Positions 42,701-56,483 of a stretch of 64,000 nt of DNA are shown in pieces. The position numbers and the translations under genes are program-made. The DNA comes from Auanema rhodensis (taxonomy: Eukaryota > Animalia > Nematoda), in NCBI GenBank assembly GCA_964057225.1, contig OZ059900.1, positions 10,478,001 to 10,542,000 of the forward strand. The letters are read 5' to 3'. Below the pieces are notes generated by a model. That model was given only the letters and a program-made list of their open reading frames with translations. It did no database searches and was not told the DNA's origin. Within the stretch, counting starts at the first letter, position 1; each line of letters begins with the position of its first letter.

Positions 42701-45700
42701 GTGCATAGGGACGCATATGAGTATCTTTCTTTTTGGAATCCCCTCGAAAGAGCGGGACATCAGCATATCAAAGCTTCAGATATAACAGGGTTGTAATATC
42801 TACAGCCTTCTTTAAAGAAAACAGCGGATTCAAAAGAAATAAAATAAACTGTAGTTTGCTTTCATCTACAGTATGTATAGTTACATATATACATATAATT
42901 AACTTCCATATGATTACGTACATTTCGGGAGAGTGAGATATGGTTACCGAAAACTCGAATGATATACGGATATCACTATTATAGGCCATGTTGCATGATG
43001 TTATACAGTCAACTTCTCTGGTTCCTTTGCAATATTCCGTGAAAATCTTTCGCCTTTTACTAAAGATTTCCGTGCATAGGGACGCATATGAGTATCTTTC
43101 TTTTTGGAATCCCCTCGAAAGAGCGGGACATCAGCATATCAAAGCTTCTGATATAACAGGGTTGTAATATCTACAGCCTTCTTTAAAGAAAACAGCGGAC
43201 TCAAAAGAAATAAAATAAACTGTAGTTTGCTTTCATCTACAGTATGTATAGTTACATATATACATATAATTAACTTCCATATGATTACGTACATTTCGGG
43301 AGAGTGAGATATGGTTACCGAAAACTCGAATGATATACGGATATCACCATCATAGGCCATGTTGCATGATGTTATACAGTCAACTTCTCTGGTTCCTTTG
43401 CAATATTCCGTGAAAATCTTTCGCCTTTTACTAAAGATTTCCGTGCATAGGGACGCATATGAGTATCTTTCTTTTTGGAATCCCCTCGAAAGAGCGGGAC
43501 ATCAGCATATCAAAGCTTCAGATATAACAGGGTTGTAATATCTACAGCCTTCGTTAAAGAAAACAGCGGATTCAAAAGAAATAAAATAAACTGTAGTTTG
43601 CTTTCATCTACAGTATGTATAGTTACATATATACATATAATTAACTTCCATATGATTACGTACATTTCGGGAGAGTGAGATATGGTTACCGAAAACTCGA
43701 ATGATATACGGATATCACCATCATAGGCCATGTTGCATGATGTTATACAGTCAACTTCTCTGGTTCCTTTGCAATATTCCGTGAAAATCTTTCGCCTTTT
43801 ACTAAAGATTTCCGTGCATAGGGACGCATATGAGTATCTTTCTTTTTGGAATCCCCTCGAAAGAGCGGGACATCAGCATATCAAAGCTTCAGATATAACA
43901 GGGTTGTAATATCTACAGCCTTCGTTAAAGAAAACAGCGGATTCAAAAGAAATAAAATAAACTGTAGTTTACTTTCATCTACAGTATGTATAGTTACATA
44001 TATACATATAATTAACTTTCATATGATTACGTACATTTCGGGAGAGTGAGATATGGTTACCGAAAACTCGAATGATATACGGATATCACTATCATAGGCC
44101 ATGTTGCATGATGTTATACAGTCAACTTCTCTGGTTCCTTTGCAATATTCCGTGAAAATCTTTCGCCTTTTACTAAAGATTTCCGTGCATAGGGACGCAT
44201 ATGAGTATCTTTCTTTTTGGAATCCCCTCGAAAGAGCGGGACATCAGCATATCAAAGCTTCTGATATAACAGGGTTGTAATATCTACAGCCTTCTTTAAA
44301 GAAAACAGCGGATTCAAAAGAAATAAAATAAACTGTAGTTTGCTTTCATCTACACTATGTATAGTTACATATATACATATAATTAACTTCCATATGATTA
44401 CGTACATTTCGGGAGAGTGAGATATGGTTACCGAAAACTCGAATGATATACGGATATCACCATCATAGGCCATGTTGCATGATGTTATACAGTCAACTTC
44501 TCTGGTTCCTTTGCAATATTCCGTGAAAATCTTTCGCCTTTTACTAAAGATTTCCGTGCATAGGGACGCATATGAGTATCTTTCTTTTTGGAATCCCCTC
44601 GAAAGAGCGGGACATCAGCATATCAAAGCTTCAGATATAACAGGGTTGTAATATCTACAGCCTTCGTTAAAGAAAACAGCGGATTCAAAAGAAATAAAAT
44701 AAACTGTAGTTTACTTTCATCTACAGTATGTATAGTTACATATATACATATAATTAACTTTCATATGATTACGTACATTTCGGGAGAGTGAGATATGGTT
44801 ACCGAAAACTCGAATGATATACGGATATCACTATCATAGGCCATGTTGCATGATGTTATACAGTCAACTTCTCTGGTTCCTTTGCAATATTCCGTGAAAA
44901 TCTTTCGCCTTTTACTAAAGATTTCCGTGCATAGGGACGCATATGAGTATCTTTCTTTTTGGAATCCCCTCGAAAGAGCGGGACATCAGCATATCAAAGC
45001 TTCAGATATAACAGGGTTGTAATATCTACAGCCTTCTTTAAAGAAAACAGCGGATTCAAAAGAAATAAAATAAACTGTAGTTTGCTTTCATCTACAGTAT
45101 GTATAGTTACATATATACATATAATTAACTTCCATATGATTACGTACATTTCGGGAGAGTGAGATATGGTTACCGAAAACTCGAATGATATACGGATATC
45201 ACCATCATAGGCCATGTTGCATGATGTTATACAGTCAACTTCTCTGGTTCCTTTGCAATATTCCGTGAAAATCTTTCGCCTTTTACTAAAGATTTCCGTG
45301 CATAGGGACGCATATGAGTATCTTTTTTTTTTGGAATCCCCTCGAAAGAGCGGGACATCAGCATATCAAAGCTTCTGATATAACAGGGTTGTAATATCTA
45401 CAGCCTTCTTTAAAGAAAACAGCGGATTCAAAAGAAATAAAATAAACTGTAGTTTGCTTTCATCTACAGTATGTATAGTTACATATATACATATAATTAA
45501 CTTTCATATGATTACGTACATTTCGGGAGAGTGAGATATGGTTACCGAAAACTCGAATGATATACGGATATCACCATCATAGGCCATGTTGCATGATGTT
45601 ATACAGTCAACTTCTCTGGTTCCTTTGCAATATTCCGTGAAAATCTTTCGCCTTTTACTAAAGATTTCCGTGCATAGGGACGCATATGAGTATCTTTTTT

Positions 45701-48700
45701 TTTTGGAATCCCCTCGAAAGAGCGGGACATCAGCATATCAAAGCTTCAGATATAACAGGGTTGTAATATCTACAGCCTTCTTTAAAGAAAACAGCGGATT
45801 CAAAAGAAATAAAATAAACTGTAGTTTTCTTTCATCTACAGTATGTATAGTTACATATATACATATAATTAACTTTCATATGATTACGTACATTTCGGGA
45901 GAGTGAGATATGGTTACCGAAAACTCGAATGATATACGGATATCACCATCATAGGCCATGTTGCATGATGTTATACAGTCAACTTCTCTGGTTCCTTTGC
46001 AATATTCCGTGAAAATCTTTCGCCTTTTACTAAAGATTTCCGTGCATAGGGACGCATATGAGTATTTTTCTTTTTGGAATCCCCTCGAAAGAGCGGGACA
46101 TCAGCATATCAAAGCTTCAGATATAACAGGGTTGTAATATCTACAGCCTTCTTTAAAGAAAACAGCGGATTCAAAAGAAATAAAATAAACTGTAGTTTGC
46201 TTTCATCTACAGTATGTATAGTTACATATATACATATAATTAACTTCCATATGATTACGTACATTTCGGGAGAGTGAGATATGGTTACCGAAAACTCGAA
46301 TGATATACGGATACCACCATCATAGGCCATGTTGCATGATGTTACACAGTCAACTTCTCTGGTTCCTTTGCAATATTCCGTGAAAATCTTTCGCCTTTTA
46401 CTAAAGATTTCCGTGCATAGGGACGCATATGAGTATCTTTCTTTTTGGAATCCCCTCGAAAGAGCGGGACATCAGAATATCAAAGCTTCTGATATAACAG
46501 GGTTGTAATATCTACAGCCTTCTTTAAAGAAAACAGCGGATTCAAAAGAAATAAAATAAACTGTAGTTTACGTTAATCTACAGTATGTATAGTTACATAT
46601 ATACATATAATTAACTTCCATATGGTTACGAACATTTCGGGAGAGTGAGATATGGTTACCGAAAACTCGAATGATATACGGATATCACCATCATAGACCA
46701 TGTTGCATGATGTTACACAGTCAACTTCTCTGGTTCCTTTGCAATATTCCGTGAAAATCTTTCGCCTTTTACTAAAGATTTCCGTGCATAGGGACGCATA
46801 TGAGTATTTTTCTTTTTGGAATCCCCTCGAAAGAGCGGGACATCAGCATATCAAAGCTTCAGATATAACAGGGTTGTAATATCTACAGCCTTCTTTAAAG
46901 AAAACAGCGGATTCAAAAGAAATAAAATAAACTGTAGTTTGCTTTCATCTACAGTATGTATAGTTACATATATACATATAATTAACTTCCATATGATTAC
47001 GTACATTTCGAGAGAGTGAGATATGGTTACCGAAAACTCGAATGATATACGGATACCACCATCATAGGCCATGTTGCATGATGTTATACAGTCAACTTCT
47101 CTGGTTCCTTTGCAATATTCCGTGAAAATCTTTCGCCTTTTACTAAAGATTTCCGTGCATAGGGACGCATATGAGCATCTTTCTTTTTGGAATCCCCTCG
47201 AAAGAGCGGGACATCAGCATATCAAAACTTCTGATAAAACAGGGTTGTAATATCTACAGCCTTCTTTGAAGAAAACAGCGAATACAAAAGAAATACAATA
47301 AACTGTAGTTTACTTTCATCTACAGTATGAATGGTTGCATATGTATATATGTATATAATTAACTTCCATATGATTACGTACATTTCGGGAGAGTGAGATA
47401 TGGTTACCGAAAACTCGAATGATATACGGATATCACCATCATAGGCCATGTTGCATGATGTTATACAGTCAACTTCTCTGGTTCCTTTGCAATATTCCGT
47501 GAAAATCTTTCGCCTTTTACTAAAGATTTCCGTGCATAGGGACGCATATGAGCATCTTTCTTTTTGGAATCCCCTCGAAAGAGCGGGACATCAGCATATC
47601 AAAGCTTCTGATAAAACAGGGTTGTAATATCTACAGCCTTCTTTAAAGGAATCAGCGGATTCAAGAGAAATAAAATAAACTGTAGTTTACGTTAATCTAC
47701 AGTATGTATAGTTACATATATACATATAATTAACTTCCATATGGTTACGAACATTTCGGGAGAGTGAGATATGGTTACCGAAAACTCGAATGATATACGG
47801 ATATCACCATCATAGGCCATGTTGCATGATGTTATACAGTCAACTTCTCTGGTTCCTTTGCAATATTCCGTGAAAATCTTTCGCCTTTTACTAAAGATTT
47901 CCGTGCATAGGGACGCATATGAGTATCTTTCTTTTTGGAATCCCCTCGAAAGAGCGGGACATCAGAATATCAAAGCTTCTGATATAACAGGGTTGTAATA
48001 TCTACAGCCTTCTTTAAAGAAAACAGCGGATTCAAAAGAAATAAAATAAACTGTAGTTTACTTTCATCTACAGTATGTATAGTTACATATATACATATAA
48101 TTAACTTCCATATGATTACGTATATTTCGGGAGAGTGAGATATGGTTACCGAAAACTCGAATGATATACGGATATCACCATCATAGACCATGTTGCATGA
48201 TGTTACACAGTCAACTTCTCTGGTTCCTTTGCAATATTCCGTGAAAATCTTTCGCCTTTTACTAAAGATTTCCGTGCATAGGGACGCATATGAGTATCTT
48301 TCTTTTTGGAATCCCCTCGAAAGAGCGGGACATCAGCATATCAAAGCTTCTGATATAATAAGGTTGTAATATCTACAGCCTTCTTTAAAGAAAACAGCGG
48401 ATTCAAAAGAAATAAAATAAACTGTAGTTTACTTTCATCTACAGTATGTATAGTTACATATATACATATAATTAACTTCCATGTCATTACGTACATTTCG
48501 GGAGAGTGAGATATGGTTACCGAAAACTCGAATGATATACGGATATCACCATCATAGGCCATGTTGCATGATGTTATACAGTCAACTTCTCTGGTTCCTT
48601 TGCAATATTCCGTGAAAATCTTTCGCCTTTTACTAAAGATTTCCGTGCATAGGGACGCATATGAGTATCTTTCTTTTTGGAATCCCCTCGAAAGAGCGGG

Positions 48701-51700
48701 ACATCAGCATATCAAAGCTTCTGATATAACAGGATTGTAATATCTACAGCCTTCTTTAAAGAAAACAGCGAATACAAAAGAAATACAATAAACTGTAGTT
48801 TACTTTCATCTACAGTATGAATAGTTACATATGTATATATATATATAATTAACTTCCATATGGTTACGTACATTTCGGGACAGTGAGATATGGTTACCGA
48901 AAACTCGAATGATATACGGATATCACCATCATAGGCCATGTTGCATTATGTTATACAGTCAACTTCTCTGGTTCCTTTGCAATATTCCGTGAAAATCTTT
49001 CGCCTTTTACTAAAGATTTCCGTGCATAGGGACGCATATGAGTATTTTTCTTTTTGGAATCCCCTCGAAAGAGCGGGACATCAGCATATCAAAGCTTCTG
49101 ATATAACAGGATTGTAATATCTACAGCCTTCTTTAAAGAAAACAGCGAATACAAAAGAAATACAATAAACTGTAGTTTACTTTCATCTACAGTATGAATG
49201 GTTGCATATGTATATATGTATATAATTAACTTCCATATGATTACGTACATTTCGGGAGAGTGAGATATGGTTACCGAAAACTCGAATGATATACGGATAT
49301 CACCATCATAGGCCATGTTGCATGATGTTATACAGTCAACTTCTCTGGTTCCTTTGCAATATTCCGTGAAAATCTTTCGCCTTTTACTAAAGATTTCCGT
49401 GCATAGGGACGCATATGAGTATTTTTCTTTTTGGAATCCCCTCGAAAGAGCGGGACATCAGCATATCAAAGCTTCTGATATAACAGGATTGTAATATCTA
49501 CAGCCTTCTTTAAAGAAAACAGCAAATACAAAAGAAATACAATAAACTGTAGTTTACTTTCATCTACAGTATGTATAGTTACATATATACATATAATTAA
49601 CTTCCATATGATTACGTATATTTCGGGAGAGTGAGATATGGTTACCGAAAACTCGAATGATATACGGATATCACCATCATAGACCATGTTGCATGATGTT
49701 ACACAGTCAACTTCTCTGGTTCCTTTGCAATATTCCGTGAAAATCTTTCGCCTTTTACTAAAGATTTCCGTGCATAGGGACGCATATGAGTATCTTTCTT
49801 TTTGGAATCCCCTCGAAAGAGCGGGACATCAGAATATCAAAGCTTCTGATATAACAGGGTTGTAATATCTACAGCCTTCTTTAAAGAAAACAGCGGATTC
49901 AAAAGAAATAAAATAAACTGTAGTTTACTTTCATCTACAGTATGTATAGTTACATATATACATATAATTAACTTCCATATGATTACGTATATTTCGGGAG
50001 AGAGATATGGTTACCGAAAACTCGAATGATATACGGATATCACCATCATAGACCATGTTGCATGATGTTACACAGTCAACTTCTCTGGTTCCTTTGCAAT
50101 ATTCCGTGAAAATCTTTCGCCTTTTACTAAAGATTTCCGTGCATAGGGACGCATATGAGTATCTTTCTTTTTGGAATCCCCTCGAAAGAGCGGGACATCA
50201 GAATATCAAAGCTTCTGATATAACAGGGTTGTAATATCTACAGCCTTCTTTAAAGAAAACAGCGGATTCAAAAGAAATAAAATAAACTGTAGTTTACTTT
50301 CATCTACAGTATGTATAGTTACATATATACATATAATTAACTTCCATATGATTACGTATATTTCGGGAGAGTGAGATATGGTTACCGAAAACTCGAATGA
50401 TATACGGATATCACCATCATAGGCCATGTTGCATGATGTTATACAGTCAACTTCTCTGGTTCCTTTGCAATATTCCGTGAAAATCTTTCGCCTTTTACTA
50501 AAGATTTCCGTGCATAGGGACGCATATGAGCATCTTTCTTTTTGGAATCCCCTCGAAAGAGCGGGACATCAGCATATCAAAGCTTCTGATAAAACAGGGT
50601 TGTAATATCTACAGCCTTCTTTAAAGGAATCAGCGGATTCAAAAGAAATAAAATAAACTGTAGTTTACGTTAATCTACAGTATGTATAGTTACATATATA
50701 CATATAATTAACTTCCATATGATTACGTATATTTCGGGAGAGTGAGATATGGTTACCGAAAACTCGAATGATATACGGATATCACCATCATAGACCATGT
50801 TGCATGATGTTACACAGTCAACTTCTCTGGTTCCTTTGCAATATTCCGTGAAAATCTTTCGCCTTTTACTAAAGATTTCCGTGCATAGGGACGCATATGA
50901 GTATTTTTCTTTTTGGAATCCCCTCGAAAGAGCGGGACATCAGCATATCAAAGCTTCTGATATAACAGGATTGTAATATCTACAGCCTTCTTTGAAGAAA
51001 ACAGCGAATACAAAAGAAATACAATAAACTGTAGTTTACTTTCATCTACAGTATGAATGGTTGCATATGTATATATGTATATAATTAACTTCCATATGAT
51101 TACGTACATTTCGGGAGAGTGAGATATGGTTACCGAAAACTCGAATGATATACGGATATCACCATCATAGGCCATGTTGCATGATGTTATACAGTCAACT
51201 TCTCTGGTTCCTTTGCAATATTCCGTGAAAATCTTTCGCCTTTTACTAAAGATTTCCGTGCATAGGGACGCATATGAGCATCTTTCTTTTTGGAATCCCC
51301 TCGAAAGAGCGGGACATCAGCATATCAAAGCTTCTGATAAAACAGGGTTGTAATATCTACAGCCTTCTTTAAAGGAATCAGCGGATTCAAAAGAAATAAA
51401 ATAAACTGTAGTTTACGTTAATCTACAGTATGTATAGTTACATATATACATATAATTAACTTCCATATGATTACGTATATTTCGGGAGAGTGAGATATGG
51501 TTACCGAAAACTCGAATGATATACGGATATCACCATCATAGACCATGTTGCATGATGTTACACAGTCAACTTCTCTGGTTCCTTTGCAATATTCCGTGAA
51601 AATCTTTCGCCTTTTACTAAAGATTTCCGTGCATAGGGACGCATATGAGTATTTTTCTTTTTGGAATCCCCTCGAAAGAGCGGGACATCAGCATATCAAA

Positions 51701-52805
51701 GCTTCTGATATAACAGGATTGTAATATCTACAGCCTTCTTTGAAGAAAACAGCGAATACAAAAGAAATACAATAAACTGTAGTTTACTTTCATCTACAGT
51801 ATGAATGGTTGCATATGTATATATGTATATAATTAACTTCCATATGATTACGTACATTTCGGGAGAGTGAGATATGGTTACCGAAAACTCGAATGATATA
51901 CGGATATCACCATCATAGGCCATGTTGCATGATGTTATACAGTCAACTTCTCTGGTTCCTTTGCAATATTCCGTGAAAATCTTTCGCCTTTTACTAAAGA
52001 TTTCCGTGCATAGGGACGCATATGAGCATCTTTCTTTTTGGAATCCCCTCGAAAGAGCGGGACATCAGCATATCAAAGCTTCTGATAAAACAGGGTTGTA
52101 ATATCTACAGCCTTCTTTAAAGGAATCAGCGGATTCAAAAGAAATAAAATAAACTGTAGTTTACGTTAATCTACAGTATGTATAGTTACATATATACATA
52201 TAATTAACTTCCATATGATTACGTATATTTCGGGAGAGTGAGATATGGTTACCGAAAACTCGAATGATATACGGATATCACCATCATAGACCATGTTGCA
52301 TGATGTTACACAGTCAACTTCTCTGGTTCCTTTGCAATATTCCGTGAAAATCTTTCGCCTTTTACTAAAGATTTCCGTGCATAGGGACGCATATGAGTAT
52401 CTTTCTTTTTGGAATCCCCTCGAAAGAGCGGGACATCAGCATATCAAAGCTTCTGATATAATAAGGTTGTAATATCTACAGCCTTCTTTAAAGAAAACAG
52501 CGGATTCAAAAGAAATAAAATAAACTGTAGTTTACTTTCATCTACAGTATGTATAGTTACATATATACATATAATTAACTTCCATGTCATTACGTACATT
52601 TCGGGAGAGTGAGATATGGTTACCGAAAACTCGAATGATATACGGATATCACCATCATAGGCCATGTTGCATGATGTTATACAGTCAACTTCTCTGGTTC
52701 CTTTGCAATATTCCGTGAAAATCTTTCGCCTTTTACTAAAGATTTCCGTGCATAGGGACGCATATGAGTATCTTTCTTTTTGGAATCCCCTCGAAAGAGC
52801 GGGAC
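728..52805 (+). ncRNA. U5: 141 further tandem U5 snRNA copies (one per repeat unit)
   Basis: Same U5 sequence in each unit; I saw no loop I substitution in any copy I read. Confidence 0.94.
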
Positions 52806-53062
52806 ATCAGCATATCAAAGCTTCTGATATAACAGGATTGTAATATCTACAGCCTTCTTTAAAGAAAACAGCGAATACAAAAGAAATACAATAAACTGTA
52901 GTTTACTTTCATCTACAGTATGAATAGTTACATATGTATATATATATAATTAACTTCCATATGGTTACGTACATTTCGGGACAGTGAGATATGGTTACCG
53001 AAAACTCGAATGATATACGGATATCACCATCATAGGCCATGTTGCATTATGTTATACAGTCA

Positions 53063-53181
53063 ACTTCTCTGGTTCCTTTGCAATATTCCGTGAAAATCTT
53101 TCGCCTTTTACTAAAGATTTCCGTGCATAGGGACGCATATGAGCATCTTTCTTTTTGGAATCCCCTCGAAAGAGCGGGACA
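53063..53181 (+). ncRNA. U5: U5 snRNA, last copy of the array
   Basis: Intact loop I and stems, with gagCat variant upstream of the U-run; followed by 150 bp of spacer and then unique DNA. Confidence 0.94.
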
Positions 53182-53569
53182 TCAGCATATCAAAGCTTCT
53201 GATAAAACAGGGTTGTAATATCTACAGCCTTCTTTAAAGGAATCAGCGGATTCAAAAGAAATAAAATAAACTGTAGTTTACGTTAATCTACAGTATGTAT
53301 AGTTACATATATACATATAATTAACTTCCATCTGAATCTGGTGTTTTCGTTCGAGAAAGTTAGTAAATTGCCGTTGATTTTCACTCAATTTCACAAATTT
53401 TGATTGTGATGTATACTCCTTTGTATTACGAAACTGATTAAGAAATTGTATTAGATGTTAATTTACATGTCATAAAAAATCAAAAAAAATTGAATATGAA
53501 CAGAAATAAAGTTAATAAACTAAAGACTATTATTGACATTTTTTGGTAATTTCTGATTCTGCCGCTGTT

Positions 53570-55477
53570 TTAAGTTACTGGGTTTTTGTGCTAAAAGTGT
53601 TTAAATGAAGTTTCAATTTTAAATTCAAGCAGCATACCAGGAGGTTATTTTCTTGATAATGTCGTCCTGATCCGTGTTGTATCAGATCTACTTTCAACTA
53701 AAGTATTTCATTTTGGAATATGTGATAAGCTAAACTTACAATTTTTTCAACGGGTGCCAATTCGGACGTAGTAAACATGACTTTTCTGGTTTTAATGTAA
53801 GGAAATATACTTTCTGACGTTTTCACCATGAGTGAACGCATTAGGCTACTCAACTGAAAATGATGTTGCATGTTAAGTTTATATTTTTCGTAACTCACAT
53901 GCTCTCTGATGTCAATGATTGTGTTTCTTTTGACTTTCTTCAATATTGCACCAACAACTTCATCCTTAGATTCACTTTCAGGCTGGAAATACAGACAACA
54001 CTGCATAGTGATTGAATTAGATAACTTACAAGAAACACTTCGTCATCTTTTACATAGTAGTCGTTCAGTTTTCCCGAACAAATCTAAACATGATTATTAA
54101 ATTACATAATAAATTTGAGCAAATGCCAGCTTACAAGTTGAAAAATGACTTCTGTCAACTGATCATCGGTGATTAAACTGGAACGATTTTTGGGTCTTAT
54201 CTAAGCAATAATATAGATAATAGTGTTTGAAAGAATAAATATACTCACCATATCATTATCGCGTCGGAAATTTCGATTTCTCCCACTATGTAAAAGCTCA
54301 TATGTTTTTTCTTTGATAAACTTAGTTGTCACTGGATTAACAGTTTGTTCCATTATTGCATTAGTGAGCAAATAATCGAAAATTTCTTCAATTGAGTATA
54401 TCATATTTTCACAGATCCGATTCATTTCTCGCATTGTGTCGTCATTTTTTGTTGAATATATGTTCCTTTTTGTCAGCCTCTGCACATGATCTAATTCTTT
54501 GATGTAAACTGCATATTCTTCCATAGTTCGCACTTCGTCAACACAATATTGTACATATTGATCATAGAGTTGTCTTCTTTCTTCTACAAGCATCCTAATC
54601 TCTTTCTTCATGTGCGTGATTTCTTGTTTAAGGGTATTAGACGCTTGTCTTTGAGAATCTTCTATGTTTTTCAATTGTGAGGTTCTTGTTACTTCCTGAA
54701 AAATTATGTTTCATGTATTCCATAACTTATACTCACATTATGAAGAAATGGCTCCAGTTGAACCATTGAGAGCGAATCATCAGAGTGCAGCGATGTTGTA
54801 GAGAACGACTGCAACTTTGGTGGGGCAAACGACAATTCTGTAGTTTCTGAAACTATAAAAACGTAAAATGTCAGCAGCCAGTTAAATACCAAAGTTATCT
54901 CCTACGACGAATGCTGGTGATGAAAAAGAGAGCTCTGTTATCCCGGAGACTTCTTGCTGAGCATCAATTGTTTCAAGAGATATGTTGCTAGAGACAACAG
55001 AAGGCGTTGAAGTCAAATATGGAGACAATGAAATAAGGGAGGAATTGTCTGATTGAATCAATGCTTGCTCTTTAATTGAGACATTGGTAGTATCAGATAC
55101 TACAATATCTCCACCGATGTGCACAACAGAATACATCATTGAATTATCTTTTCTCTCTTTCGAAAGCGAATGATCTTTGAAGAACAAACGTCTCCTTGCG
55201 AAACAACAAGGAGATTCATAGGAAAACTATAATTACGATTACTTCTAACTTCAGAAAGTATGTTCACCTCAAAATCTAGAGAAATCGATCCAATCTCTCT
55301 TTTTTGGTATCCAGATGCTGGTGTTACAACAAGTCTAGTATCAGGCAACTGAGGAGATGAATCGCATACAGGTAATTCCAAAACAGAAAAAGAATAATCG
55401 GAAAACATCTTTTCATCTTTGGACACTTTCTCTGAGATAAGTAATTGCTCGAAATCTTCTCCAAAGAATTGACTCAT
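53570..55477 (-). CDS. Uncharacterised ~515-aa protein (Ser-rich N-terminal half, central predicted coiled coil), 9 coding exons
   Basis: Manual splicing joins the ORF-track fragments in one frame with GT-AG introns of ~41-51 nt. Exons: 55477-55268, 55226-54890, 54846(or 54852)-54737, 54695-54249, 54200-54135, 54083-54030, 53982-53740, 53697-53638, 53590-53570(TAA). Heptad-like LKQEITHMKKEIRMLVEERRQLY. A probable 5'-UTR intron 55524-55478 ends directly at the ATG. No family recognised. Confidence 0.78.
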
Positions 55478-55778
55478 CTATAGAACTTCGAAGAATTAAA
55501 ATAAAAATGTTAAAACCGACTTACTTTTAGGTTGGGGTTAATTGGAATAAAAATATATAGTTAAGCTATAAAATAAAATAAATTAATAAAGTACAAACAA
55601 ATAATAAAGAAATTACGAATAAAATATAAATAAAATATTAATATATTAAAATATTTAGAGAATTGTCTACCTAAAATAACTTTTGATGACAAATAGATAA
55701 AATTAACAATAGGACGCAAGGATTGTTTGTTTCATAAGCGATTGAGCGCCATAAAAATTAAAATTGTTTTGATTGGAA

Positions 55779-55795
55779 AGAGAGAGAGAGAGAGA
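55779..55795. repeat. (AG)8 microsatellite upstream of the 55477 gene
   Basis: agagagagagagagaga read directly. Confidence 0.85.
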
Positions 55796-56483
55796 TTGAT
55801 TCGCCTAAGAAAACTACAATGTACAATAGTTATATGAACAAGAAGGTTCTGTTATTCTATTATATCACGTAGATATAGAAAGAATTGAATATTATACTAA
55901 AGAAATTCAATAATTCGTTTTGAATGAAGAAGTTTCAATATAGTTTTATACATCAATTATTGATTGGATATCAACATTTTTTCTCAAAAAATTTGATTAT
56001 TAACTCTTGATTTTCACTTCATAATAATATTATTTATTTTATTCTCTGTCTTTTCATCTTTTTTCACTCTCCTACAAGTTTTATTTTATTTAGAAATGTT
56101 TTTTCCTGTTTTTCTAAGCTTAATCAACCATAGTTCAATTGAGCATTTCAAGAACAATATAAAAAAATTTAATACAGTCAGGCTATAAAAATACTAAAAA
56201 CTAAAAAAAAAAGAATATATATATATAAATCATAAAAATGGTACAGATTAAAAAGTAAAGAAAAACGATAAAAGAGTATATGTATATAATACAGGCTAGC
56301 AACATGGTATCCAATCTGAGTTGAAAATTGAAAAAAAAGACTGCTGAAGCGGATGCTATTCAAAACCAGACAAGTTATTTCATATTTGCACTGAGTTTCG
56401 GGCAACATTAGCATTTTTACAATTACAGAACATCAGCTTTAGATCACGGATAAGCAGACAGGTTAGTACCACAGTATCTTTCT

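Larger units (their letters stand above)
1..53331 (+). repeat. Tandem head-to-tail array of a 371-bp U5 snRNA gene unit (143 complete U5 copies + 1 partial; continues beyond left edge)
   Basis: 371-bp periodicity (ORF track starts 78, 449, 820, 1191...). First full U5 start 357 and last 53063 differ by 142x371+24 bp. The +24 is accounted for by visible indels (four 5-bp deletions, T-run expansions, +6/+4 AT insertions, -1, -2, +1). The repeat stops abruptly after ...ttaacttccat at 53331. Confidence 0.98.

Noticed and set aside
1-53331. CRISPR array, 5S rDNA, SL1 or tRNA array interpretation
   Set aside because: No unique spacers or cas genes; no 5S, tRNA or spliced-leader (GGTTTAATTACCCAAG) sequence in the unit; U5 loop I is explicit.
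53909-54100. Plus-strand 63-aa ORF
   Set aside because: Antisense to well-supported exons 6-7 of the minus-strand gene.
56178-56414. 78-aa minus-strand ORF (likewise 62345-62617)
   Set aside because: Low-complexity F/I/L/Y translation of AT-rich UTR/intergenic DNA with no consistent splice structure.
55478-56483. Operon linking the two minus-strand genes
   Set aside because: The ~1-kb gap is longer than typical nematode intercistronic spacing, and SL2 usage cannot be judged from DNA alone.
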